Positions 40,288 through 52,710 of a DNA stretch of 64,000 bases are shown here, one piece after another. Made by a program: the position numbers and the translations under genes. The stretch comes from Paramecium tetraurelia. Taxonomy: Eukaryota. How positions within the stretch are numbered: position 1 is the stretch's first letter; each line of letters begins with the position of its first letter. A model generated the notes under the pieces. It had not been told where the DNA came from, made no database searches, and was given only the letters and a program-made list of their open reading frames with translations. The stretch covers positions 62,001-126,000 of the forward strand of contig CT868066.1 of assembly GCA_000165425.1 (NCBI GenBank), given 5' to 3'.

Positions 40288-42008
40288 TCAGCTTGTTATT
40301 TTTTATGACTTGTTTAGAATCTCAATTGGTTTTATACTGTACAACTTATCGATATCAAATTATAAATCTGATGATCCAATTTTATCAAAGTAAGTAACCA
40401 AACTACATATATTTATCACTATAATACTCTTTATTTTTCTAATCATTTTTATTCCAATTGATATATTGGATGGCTCCCATATAAATCTTCCTAAATGACT
40501 TTGAAAATAACGTAAAGTCTGGATTTTCTTCTTCCTCCAAAATAGTTTTCAAGGATTTGAATTCTTGGTTATCTGGTCTTTTCAAATTACTTAAGAATAC
40601 GCATTCGTCTTCCTAGAATAGATTGAAAATTAATACTCTAAATTGTAGGATAATCGAATTTAATATTTTTGTTATGTACTCTTTCAACAACTTGGTGTTA
40701 TCAGTCTAGTTTTAAGAGAAATCCGCAAGTTCTCCTTAGGAGAACCTCTTTTTGAATTCAGGGAGAATCGAAGTTTGTTAATTTATCAATAGTCCAAGTG
40801 CATTTAGTATGGTTCTATATCTATATCCAGATAGACACACCAAGAGTGCAGCCATCTAATCATTATCAAATTTGATTGAAGTTTTTTCAAATCTAAGAAT
40901 TAATAAGATAATACTTTGAATCCTATAATAATTTGTAAGTTTTAGCTGCTAAGTCGCTTTTGGTAATCAAAATTTTTATTAAATGGAGGATTTTATCTGA
41001 TTTACTAGGTCCTGAAATTGAATCGACCCTATAATATTCCTAATATGAACTGAGATTCTAATTGGTTAAGGTGTTCTTTCTAGGATTCGATCTCTTTGGT
41101 TAGGTTATATTTAACGAAAAAATAGGAGAGGCAAATAAATCCATCCAAGATGCTCTATCTTATTCTTCATATTTGAGCATTAATTCAATTAAAGTTCGGA
41201 TGTTCTCAGGAACATTTTCTTTAGAAGCAGAAACAGCTGGACACTTAATTGGACTGAATTACAAATTTCTTAAATTTTCAACTAATTCGGATTAACTTTA
41301 AGCCTTGATGGGTAGATCACAATAAATTAATTGATAGAAGATGACTCCTAATGAATACACATCAGCTTTTGATGAAAATTTGGGTTCTAAAAATAATTGT
41401 GGGGCAGCATATGCAGGAGTGCCTACTTTAGAAATCAAGTGCACGGTGACCATGTCATCTAATATTCTACCCATGCCTAGATCGGCAATCTTATATACAT
41501 CTTTAGATATTAAGATATTTGCGGGTTTGATGTCTCTGTGAATAACTTTCATTTTAAATAAGGCTTCATACCCTTTCACTACTTGCTTGATTATTTCCAC
41601 TCCCTCATTCACTGTAAACCAAGTTGATCCCTTCTATTTGACATCCATTAAACACTTAAGATCTCCCTGATTGCATTTCTCCATTATGATATACAAATTC
41701 TGATATTAGGTTTCTTCAATTATCTCCACCAATTCAACAAGATTTTCATTCTCCCTTTAGAGTGGCTTGAGCAGATTCAAGATCTCGATCTCCCTTTTCA
41801 ATAGGATTGGATCTACTCCTTTTTTATCTACACATTTAGCACAGAGGAGTCGTTCCTTATTTCTTGAATCGTAGCATTGATAGACGATGCCATACTACCC
41901 TCTCCCTATTAACTTCTACTTTTCAACAACATAATTGCCAATTTGGACATCTGAAATTGGCCTAATTGGCATTCCTGTTTAATTCTAACCTCTAGATCTT
42001 GGTTTCAT
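40288..42008 (-). CDS. Ser/Thr protein kinase, ULK-like
   Basis: IGRGQYGIVY, YIIMEKCNQGDL, HRDIKPAN, ADLG, GTPAYAAPQ, ADVYSLG. Confidence 0.9.
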
Positions 42009-42113
42009 ATTTAAAAAATAATTAATTATTCTATTTTAAACTTTAGTATATTTGAATATCGGAAAAATTATACGAATTTAAATTGATCTAAATAATTTCA
42101 GCCTTTAAAATAT

Positions 42114-43198
42114 TCATGTATATTAATATAATTATTATATCAAATATGAAATAATATCATTAGTAGATTGTAACTGACGAATGTACTTAATGCTCTTGGT
42201 ATTGTATTTTGAAATCAAGTGCTCATAATTCGGCCTTGGAGTCATATTGGTGACTTTGTCCTTGTAATCCACATCAATGAATTGTTGAGGCCTCTGGATA
42301 TCAAGATTTATGATATCGTCCACTATTTTTTTAATGGATTGTAATGCTTCATCGTACTTTTCTTTCTAGAACATGTAGGGGAACAGTAGTTGTTCGGTTT
42401 AAAACACGTCCACTTGCTTATACACTGATTGAAGTTTCTCCAACAAGGACAGATTCTGAAAATATAGATCATCGTTCTTGTGACTCAATGACTTATTGAA
42501 TCTCTTCAACTCCCTGTGAAATAGATAAATGAATATGATTACTCGTATTATTAATAAAGGTTGTCATTTCGTATTTTATATTAAATTGTTTAATTCTGTT
42601 GTTCTAATAACGCAACAGCCTGCTTCAAACCTGCTATTTCATCCTGTTATTCTTGTGATTCCTATTTCCTTTTCTTTATTTTTCATTATCTAAAAATACC
42701 TCTTTTAATGCTTAGTAATTCCACTCTATTTACTTCCGCTTACTAATTTATAACTATAATTCTTGTATAAGTAATTCGCACATCTCCTTTGACGCCTGTT
42801 CCTCCTGAGGAGCCACAATCAGATTATCTAAGTTTACATCACTATAATTACACAGTTTGGGATTGATTATGTAATCCCCCAGTTTTGAACAGAGCGACTT
42901 CTACTCCAAAGAATCACAGTAGAGAAAGAATTTAAGTTTCTTCAACAATTCATCTAATTTACCCTTCTTCATTATTAATTCATATCCCAATAAACCATTC
43001 AACCCACTGAATAGTTAATCCAGCTATTGTTTTGAATTCTTGCTTTCTATATCTTAAGTGCTGCATTCAACCACTTTGTACACCAAATCCTATTGGGATG
43101 CTCTCCTCTACAATTATCTGCTAGATTATAAATTAGGAATAGATCTTTGGTCTTTGCTTGAACTTCTTTTTTAAGAGGATCTCGGACCTGGCTGACAT
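42114..43198 (-). CDS. hypothetical coiled-coil protein
   Basis: MSARSEILLKKEVQAK...; code-6 frame with tiny introns near 42690-42700 and 42520-42545; includes track ORF 42135..42323. Confidence 0.72.
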
Positions 43199-43449
43199 AA
43201 TTTTTGTAATTTTTCCCAATTTTATTGCAGTTTAGAATTACTCATACAATAAATTAATTTCTTATTAAATTATTCTTAAAATTATTATTTAGGATAAATA
43301 AACAAAATCCTAATACATATTATACATCATTAACTAATTGTTTACATATTGTATTATTGATTTAATTAATCCAAATAAAAAGAAGATTTTATTTTAACCA
43401 ATTATTTGCAGCTCATTATTGTCATTTCAATAAATAAAACACTCAAGAG

Positions 43450-43916
43450 ATGCCAATAAAATTAGAGGTAAGAACGAAACAACAACTAAGAAAAATAATA
43501 GCAGCTTCAAAAAAAATAGGAAAATAAGTAAATAAACACTATGAGAAAGGAGCACAAAAACAGTCAATTTAGAAGAAAGAAACTCGGTAAATTAAAGATA
43601 TATCACAGATGGATTAGTTTGGTACTTAGTTTATGCTTATAATATAGATAAACTATTTTATCCAAATGAGCCAAATTAGGTATTTCCCACCGAACTATAA
43701 GAAAATATCATAAAGATTATTTCCTCTTTTGGAAAATCCACAAACATAAAGCACATAATCAACAACTTATGTCTTTTCTACAAAAATCATATTGATCAAC
43801 AAATTTTTTCAAATTATCTTGCTTATGCAGAAGAAAATGGAATTATTTATGAAAGATAGGGACAATACTTTGTCTCTTATAGTGAATGTTATATTTAAAA
43901 AAATAATGTTTTATGA
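43450..43916 (+). CDS. 146-aa protein: Lys-rich N-terminus plus a winged-helix-like (linker-histone globular-like) C-terminal domain
   Basis: MPIKLEVRTKQQLRKIIAASKKIGK...; 26-nt intron 43622-43647; LQENIIKIISSFGKSTNIKHIINNLCLFY...FSNYLAYAEENGIIYERQGQYFV. Confidence 0.7.
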
Positions 43917-44739
43917 GTGCGTGAATTTATTTCTCTTCAAGCTTTTTACTGAATTGTGCTTCTCTAATTAATCTTAATCAATGTTAATCCTTTTTAATAT
44001 TTAAATTAAATAAAGAGATCAAAATATAATTGATGATAACGAATCTTGTTCAAAGTATAGTAACTACTGAAAAGGATGTTTTTCAATTTTGGTAGCTTTC
44101 TTCCTTTGCTACATGATCAATGTTTATAAAGTCAGAGGAAACAGATTGCTTCTAGTGGTTATGGCTAAGAAAATAAATTATTAGGAAGAAGGTTTAAATT
44201 TAGATATTTCTTTCACTATGCTTATTATACCTATTCATATTTTGGAAGGCATAATCAAAAGTAAATCATTTAAGGATTTAACAATAATATCTATTAACAT
44301 TTTGGATAAGATTATCAACAAAATCTATGGGTCACTAAAGAATTTAAGGCTTTGCTAAGATTTATTGATTTTAAATTGTAAATGATATCTATAATTAATT
44401 GTTATTGCAAATAGAAAGGATTTTATAATTTTTATGATTAGGAGATTAATTTTGATTGAGTTAAAATATTAATCCATTTTATAATTTAAGAATATTTATA
44501 CAACAATTCTATTTATTTTTCTAATTTCTGATCTAATATATATATATTCCCAAAAATCAGTCCAAAATGAAAGTAACATTCTTTTTTACAATATAAATAT
44601 GAGAGAATGAATTTGATATGTTTCTCTACTTGTCCACTTTGTTTATTACCATAAAGCGAAGAAAAAAAAGACTGATAAATTGAGTGGGGTAATTATTTTT
44701 CTGAATAAGATATATTGAATGAAAATAATTTTAAAAATT

Positions 44740-45540
44740 TCACTCATTAATTGAATGCACTCTTGTTGATATTGATTTTCCACTCCTGTAACATAAAATA
44801 ATCAAACTAATAAATACAAATAGGCCAAGGATAAATCCATAAAAAATACTGAAAAATCCAAAATTGAAGCCATAAGCAAATCCTAAAAGTTATTTTGAAC
44901 ACTTTCTTGCCTGAGTAAATTTGGGATTAAAAATGAGGCAAAAAGACAAACCAACTAGTATAAATTCCCCAACAATTGTGAGAATCAAATAAAATTTCAA
45001 TTCATCTTAATCCTGTAATTCCTACTTATATTTTTTCATAATTTCTATTAAATAAATACCCACCGTTAAGGATCCCATAAACAAACCACCACAAAATTCT
45101 TTCGATCCTCCTTCTTCAAAATAATCGCTTTTTATCTCATTTGAACATCTTTATTTAATTAATTCAACTACGCTTAAAGACAAATTGCTTAAAAAAAAAA
45201 AAAGTAAGAAAACTTCTAAACCTGAGTCTAAATTTTATAAGGAATAGATCATTCCAATGATTGACTATATTATGTCAAAATATTTATATCTAGACTCTCT
45301 TTTTTCAGTATATGATTTTCCTTTAAACAAATAGTCAAATTCATAAAAAATTATAAAGCAATGAAATACTGCCCATGCTGTAATTTAATATCCTAGTTCA
45401 CTCCAATCGTAGGTATTCAAATCTCTTGTCATGATTGATACAACAACAAAAAATTATTCTACAAAGCATCCCAAACAAAATATTGTAATCAAGTACTTCA
45501 GACTCCAATATACTACTCACACATGATAATATTAGCTCAG
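44740..45540 (-). pseudogene. decayed membrane-protein gene
   Basis: Hydrophobic protein-like fragments (YLITIFCLGCFVEQFFVVVSIM, FYLILTIVGEFILVGLSFASFLIP) in different frames with no clean start. Confidence 0.3.
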
Positions 45541-46368
45541 TTAGGTCTATTATATTTTAGATCTTCATAATAAAATATAATTTAATTTAAAGATAATAAA
45601 CTGCTATCATTCTAAAATTATAAAAGGAAGCTCGTGATAGCTACATGTTTTAGGTTTATAAAGACATCAGGGACTTCCCCTTTATATATTTATGAGCGTT
45701 TTATAAGGTTATTAGTATGGTTAAAAGTTTGAAGTACATTTACAACTGGAAGAATTTTATGTTTTCGTTTTTTCTAAATTTTGTTTTAGATCTTGAAATT
45801 TAATTTAACTACTTTAATCTGCACTTCTTACACACTGTTTTAATTAGCCTTGAGAATTAATCTCATTAATAAATTCTATAGAAATTATTGTATGATTTAG
45901 GTTGAACTTTTGATTTATTCAAAATAAACGAACAAATATATAAATTTGAAAGTTTTGTTTGAGTAATATAGCATTTAAAAAATGTAAAAAAATCTGAAAG
46001 TCTAAGAATTTATTTTATTATGGAAGTCTTAAACTTTCTTCATTAATGTATTTTTATATTTTTAAATAACTGAAATTTAAGATAAGTATAATTACTTGTA
46101 GAGAAATCAAAATAATTGACTTACGATCATAGTTCATATCAAAAGATGATAATTCCCTCTTTTTTCTACCTCATTAAAAGTACTCATATCTTTGCAAGCA
46201 TCATTCAAATTCTTATAGAACAAGTCAGTTTATCATTTAATTTGAGAATAGAACTATAACGCATTTATACTTATAAATGATATGGTAGCAATTGAAATTA
46301 TAAATTAATTGTTTAATATTATTCGAATATTATTAAAACTGTATACAAATTATAGTATTATTAATAAA

Positions 46369-46920
46369 ATGCTAAATAATGATGACTTTTATTATTCTAG
46401 TGAAATACGCGATGACAATACATCAACCTAATCTGCTTATAGTTGTTGCATAGCCTTCTTGTGTATGCTTTGTGGTTATGTGCTTTTGCAAACAAATTAT
46501 TACATAGAAGGGTAAATTGGTAATTTGAACTAGCAAGTCAAATCCGTATTACTATTAATGCACGATGACTCTGCCATTGACTTACTTTTGCGGAGTGGCA
46601 TTTTTAATTGCAGCGGCTGTGAGATTGGTATTTTTAGTCGTTTTTTGCTTACAATCAGAAAAACAACAGCCTCATTCGAGTCTTTTTCACAAAAAGGTGA
46701 AGCATTCTGAAGTAATGATTGCAATGGCGTAAGGAAATTGGGCTAATCAATTAGATTTTTCTTTTTTGGTTCTTTCATATTGATGGTGAAGGAGCAATGT
46801 TATGAGTTGACTGTTGCTCTACTTTTCGTGTTGATATTGACGGCTTTCATGATTCTACAGATATGTTGCTACGATATAGATGATGATGAAGTGATTTGTG
46901 AAGAAATACTTGATTATTGA
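46369..46920 (+). CDS. small four-TM protein (167 aa)
   Basis: ATG 46369, introns of 22 and 26 nt restore the frame to TGA 46918-46920; four hydrophobic segments, acidic tail. Confidence 0.8.
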
Positions 46921-46943
46921 AAGACATTATTATAAAACAAATA

Positions 46944-49900
46944 ATGAAATAAGAAGACATTCAATCTCCTTAGTTGTGTGAAAATATTCAACATAGACCA
47001 CACAATCCCAGGAGATCAGCAATCTTTAAATAGCAGAATGCTATTAGTCTCACGAAATTGGACACAAGGTTACAGGAAAAGAATGACATGCTTGTGGCAC
47101 AAATCTAAAAGATTGTTAAACATATGCCTTCTGATGACAAATAACTCAAAGCAGAAAGACACATATATGATGCTTATTACTTGAGAACTATTCGAAATGA
47201 TATCGATTTGGCTGATAAGGTAATTTTAAAATGCCTTTGGATCATTGAGAATAGCCGAATTTGGAGTGGATACCTTTTGACATTGACGATCCTCTATCAG
47301 ATCCTGGCTTTCTTTGAGAAACCATATCCTGAATCAGATTTCTACGAGGCACCTGATGTCAGGAATGTAGAATTGTTCATATTAATATTCCTTGGGATTG
47401 ACTTCTTAATAACTTTGGTTTTGTTGGCTACCAAAAAAAATGATGGGGGATTTCAGTTCAATACCAAAAGGATGATGAAGATGTTGTTCTTCTTAGTGTG
47501 TCTCACAGATTATATAAATTCGAAGATCGATGATTCTCAGATCAGATTCAGTAGATTAATTAGACCAGCGTTGATGATCTTTTTTTCGAAGGATCTGCGA
47601 AGAAATTTAAAGGGAATAGCCAAAGCCAGTAAAGATTTGCTCTTGTTATTTTTACTCTACGTGATAATCATTTCAACATTTGCTTTTATTGGAATAAATC
47701 TGATTGGATAATTGGACACTGTGGATTTAGAAACTCAAGATTACGGGGATTTCTTCAAATTGTTCAATATGTTATTCATGGCTGCCACTCTTGATTTCTA
47801 CCCCGACATTATGATTCCTCCAATATTTTAAGGCACTTTTTATGCTCTCTATTTTGTCATCTACATAATTCTCTTTTTGTTCCTATTCTAACCTATTCCC
47901 TTGGCTGTTGTCTACGAAGGGTTTCGAAGACACAGAATGTAGATTGCCATCCAAGACATCATCAAATAGAAATCAGCTATGATGGCGAGTTTCATCTCAT
48001 TGGATTCAAATGATGCTGGATTTTTGACTGAAAATCAATTTAAGAAATTCCTGAAAACCTTTTATCGAGGTTAATTGACAGATGACTAAGTGAAGATCAT
48101 CTTCTCGGAAATCGACAAAGATTTCAAGTAATTTACAATTATCAAATAGTGATAAGATTTAATTCGACGAGTTTAATCAATTACTCTACGTCTTACAGAA
48201 TAGTAAGAAAATCTCATTGCCAAGAGCAAAACCACTCAAATGTTGGGAATCGCTAAGAAACTTCCTCAACAAATATGGATTAAAGAAATTTATCGAATCT
48301 AATGTAATATCAACATAATATATGCAAGACATTCGGTTTTTTCATGTTCCTTGTGACCATAGTCAACTGTTGTTTGATCATATCCGCATTCTTTATAGAG
48401 AATTTAGAAGTGCTGGCCATATTCGATACTATTGACACTGTATTCTTGGGCATTTTCATTTTCGAATGTCTGATCAAGATTATAGGTTTGGGCATATACG
48501 ACTTTTTTGTAGATGGTTGGTATTTAAGTTGATTATATTCTTAGGAATGTTTTCGATATCACATTGATCCTGTTGCAGATACTGTTCGATTACATTCTCT
48601 TCAGTTTTGTGACTGGAAACATAGTTCAATCTATAAAGGCAAATAGAATTTTGAGGATTGCCAAAATCTAGAAGGTATTTAGGTTGTTTAGAGCCTTCAG
48701 ATCCATTAAATTGGTGGGGTACTTGTTGAGAGGATTGGAAATATTCGCTCATGTTAAAAACCTATTGTATAAGATCATCATTTGCGTACCTCTGATTTTA
48801 CGATTGATCTTGCCAGTGTAAATTGTCTTTTTCACATATGCTTGTATAGGAATATACATATATGGAGGAATCACAACTGATGATGACAACCCATTCTCAA
48901 ACAACTCATGTGATCCAAACGAGTTCCGATTTTTGTGGGGACAATGCAAATATGCTGATTTTAATTCTATGGGAGGATCCTACTTAATGATGTTACAGGT
49001 GTTCACAGCATCCTCATGGGGACAATTAGTCTTTGAACTCGCATTTGACACAAAGAATCTGGTGACTCCAATGATATTTGTTGGTTCATTTGTTTTTCTT
49101 TCTATCTTCTTATTAGCACTGATTGGAGGATTAGTTTGGGAAGTATTCACAGTTGTTTCTAAGACTCTGTTTGAATAAGAAATGGAGTAATTCAAACCTG
49201 AAGAGAGAGTAGCCTTGCAACTTAATTTTTAAGATGAAGCACTCTTAGGTAGTAGTATGGGCACAGAGTATGACATTCGAAATGGAACTCAATTAAGCAA
49301 TGCTATTCAATTGCAGAAGAAAACTGCCATTCTAAATGATGATAATCCTGACATCTTGGAGTTTAGACCAAGAAGTGTGGGTATGAGAGCGCATTAGGAT
49401 GAGAAGTAGGAAATTCCTATTGAGTTGGACTTTCAAATAGAAACCCAGATATACAATAAAGTGTTGAGGGTAGGAATCAATCCAAATCAAGTGATCCGTA
49501 AGTTGAAACCTCAAGGAGATCTGGCGTAAATTATTGAGGATGAATTGCTTGAAATATAGAAATTGTATTGCGACTACTTTATTGACTATTAAGAGTTCTT
49601 GGAAATGAAATTCATTAAGGAGTCTCATAACATCTATAATGTAACTACTGAGTATGTGGTTCACATTAGAAATGAAATTAAGAAAGACGAAATGTTCAAA
49701 CGGAAACATGTCAATATTTCCAATCATGATCTCCTTATCTAGAATGCGGTTTTGAGAGACACTAGTGAAATGTATATCAAATAATAGGAGGAACAATACT
49801 TCAAGACGGAATACGGCTAGAAGTTTGAATTGATCAAAGAACTCAAGTTTTAGAGTAAATTTAAAGTCGAGAGCAAGATACTGTTCTCCTTGATGGGCAT

Positions 49901-50687
49901 ATTGAAGTTTCCAAAACCGAATATTAAATATTTCTTTTAAATTCTCTACTTGATAGAGAATTACTTCACTTATTAATTATTGCCGGATTGCTCATTTTTC
50001 AAGTTGTTACATTAAATGGATGGCAAATGGTACTTAATTAGTATTGAAGACAATTAAATTGTATTTACCAAGATTGGGGCAGGTCCGTGGACATATGATA
50101 GTTTGCTCTTTGATCAAGGTCAGATGAGGATTTGTGAGAATTTGAAGTTCATGAAGGAAGTCAAGAACCCAGAAGTCAAAATGCATATAAGAGAATTCCA
50201 CACCAGCATGAACAAAATGGCTAAGCAATTTGAACTCGATATCACAAAGATAGATGTTAGGAGTACGATTGTTCTCTATCAAATTAAAAATGAACGCTAT
50301 GTTCTTCCTGACTCTACTACTCCCAGGATGAATGGGTAGAAACCGTCCATCAGTCCCAGATATTTGACGATGAGTGCGAGGAATGCCTAGATCAGTCAAC
50401 GCAATGTGGATGTGAACTCCATCAATGAGGAAGAGAATCCGGAAGGAATTTTTCAGATGGGTGAAAATGTCGATGAGTGTCATAGACACGTGAGTCAAAC
50501 CATGATATTCGTGCTCTCCAAGGTTCAAGCGCAGGAGAGCAGGATTGTGTATCAGAATTAGGTGATGTTGGCCTAGTTTGTGTTGGATTTGGCTGGAGTT
50601 ATTAAGAACTATTCTGATAATTTCTTTTAATAATTAGAGGAATTATATTCTTTGCGAAGTAAACAAAGAGGAATAAAACAAAAATGA
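46944..50687 (+). CDS. TPC: two-pore channel (2x6 TM) with EF-hand linker and very long C-terminal tail
   Basis: AERHIYDAYYLR; S4-I RFSRLIRP; pore I LFMAATLDFYPDIMIP; EF loops DSNDAGFLTENQF and DKDFNDKIQFDEF; S4-II RILRIAKIQKVFRLFRAFRSIK; pore II MLQVFTASSWG. Confidence 0.9.
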
Positions 50688-51051
50688 TAATTAATATCTA
50701 TCTATATATATATATATTATAAAAAGGATATTGTGAGTTCTCTGGGTAGCTTGTTAAATTATTACAAGAATTCAACAGCGACAAATCAAACATCAAATAA
50801 TGTCCCATTCCTACCCAATTGTTATAACAATGCATGTACAACAAAACCTCAGGAATGATTAATAGTTGTCCTTAATTAATTCTTTAATTTCCCTAAAATA
50901 TTAAGCAAATTTTATATGGGTTTTCACTCTAATTTTTAATTCGGATGCTCTTTGTTCAGTTCAGCATTTTTCAGGATTTTTAATTTGAAATCGACCATAA
51001 TCAAAATACCATATATTAAGTAATTGATTATATAATATAAATTCATTCATC

Positions 51052-52120
51052 ATGAAAAGATCAATCAAGTAGCCTGCCTTCTCCTCCTATCAATTCTTCG
51101 ATAAGTTAGGCGAAGAGTAATAATGCCAATCATCAAGAAAATAGTGCTTTCGATTACATTTGGAAGGTCCAACACATTTCGAATGGTCAAAAATTCTATG
51201 AGGAAGGAAAAAAAATTATTGTACTGAGAAATACAAATCCTCCAAATCCTGAAAGGCAAAAGAGGTCTTAAAATAATAAAACCATTAAGAATTTACATAG
51301 TTATTTGCATCTGGTTCTGATCAACATAATACCTACTTTGTTAGAATCTCATGGGAGAAAACTTGGAACAGTATCGCCAAAAGAAGGGAAATTTGAATTA
51401 AATCTTGCCGATCGGATTGGAAATCGTCAAAATTCTAAAGGAGCTCTATTCATTAGGAGTAATGCATCGAGACATAAAACCTGAGAATTTTGTTATGCAG
51501 GAGGGGATGATCAATCTGATTGATTATGGACTTCTAAAAATATCAGATTATGGTCATCACATCTATTACAAACAAAATAAAGGGATGATAGGAACTGCTC
51601 GATTTGAATCCACAAATTCTTTGAAAAACATAGAACAATCTAGAAGGGATGACTTGGAATCTTTGGGATACATGCTCATTTATTTGCATCAGGCAATTTG
51701 CCTTTGTATTCTGTCAGTGATCAGGATAAAGATATCTGATATTAAAAAATCGATAAATTTTTGGTCTGCCTATTCAACAGTATATATTTATGGAATATGT
51801 AAAAGGTTTGAAGATTAAGGAAGATCCAAACTAGGAATACTTGATATCTCCATTCTCTCAAGAGGAAAGCGGAGCTCGTCTGGGACTATAGTATTTTCAA
51901 CCAAAACCGGCAATTAGATTAAAATTTATTTAAATGTAAAGAACGAATTTTCGCTCTCCTCCAAAAGAAATTAATTCTAGTAGAAAAGCCAGTTTTGAGG
52001 AGTCTTCTTCAGCAGGATCAGACATCCAGGAAGAACTTTAAGAATCCATCAAACTAAATACTTTATTGTTGGAATCAAAGAACCAGCTGACAGTCCAATT
52101 TATGTTAAGCAGAGCTGATT
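51052..52120 (+). pseudogene. casein kinase 1-like pseudogene
   Basis: HRDIKPENF, LIDYGL, IGTARF, EQSRRDDLESLGYMLIY are intact, but there is an in-frame TGA (LLY*EIQIL) and frameshifts near 51340 and 51690; 3' end approximate. Confidence 0.8.
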
Positions 52121-52158
52121 ATCAATATACTCAAATGTCATATTATTAATAATATCAA

Positions 52159-52621
52159 TCAGTTTCCGAAAGTTTCTTAAGAACTATATTTGATGTATAA
52201 AAGTCCATCATCGTGATTCTTATATTTATCGTAGACCTATCCAATGGATTATTCTTAAATCGATTTGAATAAGATACCATATTACAAAATGTAATTATTG
52301 CAAAGTAAATATAATGTAGTCTCTTAGTTGATTTTGAGTTTGGCTTTTAAAGTCTGGAAAATAGAAGAGACTGGATCCTTTTTGCTAAACACACACACCA
52401 ATCTATTGATTTATAAGATCACAGACTTACGTTGGAAGTTGAGGGCCAGCACCTGCCCATGCTTATCTATATAAACGATGTGGTTCGCAAATTACAGCAA
52501 CTTATTAGCCATTGTTATATTTATCCGACAATTCTTTCCTTTTGGCAAGAGTGTGCTTCGTGAGAAACTAATAATTGGAATCATTTTTTAATCCTAATGA
52601 GTAGGTTAATGAAGTTTGCAT
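52159..52621 (-). CDS. ATG8: divergent ATG8/LC3-family ubiquitin-like protein (136 aa)
   Basis: FLTKHTLAKRKE, VAVICE, TLYLLCNN, SIGQVYDKYKNHDDGLLYIKYSSQETFGN*; introns of 28 and 24 nt give an exact frame. Confidence 0.9.
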
Positions 52622-52710
52622 TTACTTTAAAATATATAATAGAAAATAACAATTTGTGCAATTTGTTAATTATAAAAATTTATGGAATAGTTGTTATTAG
52701 TGCAAGCCAA

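Noticed and set aside
44030..44400. Possible WD40 remnant (IASSGY-like fragment)
   Set aside because: A single weak fragment with no repeat periodicity
50696..50720. (TA)n microsatellite after the TPC stop
   Set aside because: Short and expected in AT-rich spacers
1957..52621. NPC1, TPC and ATG8 as a lysosomal gene cluster
   Set aside because: Spread over 50 kb among unrelated genes; no evidence of co-regulation
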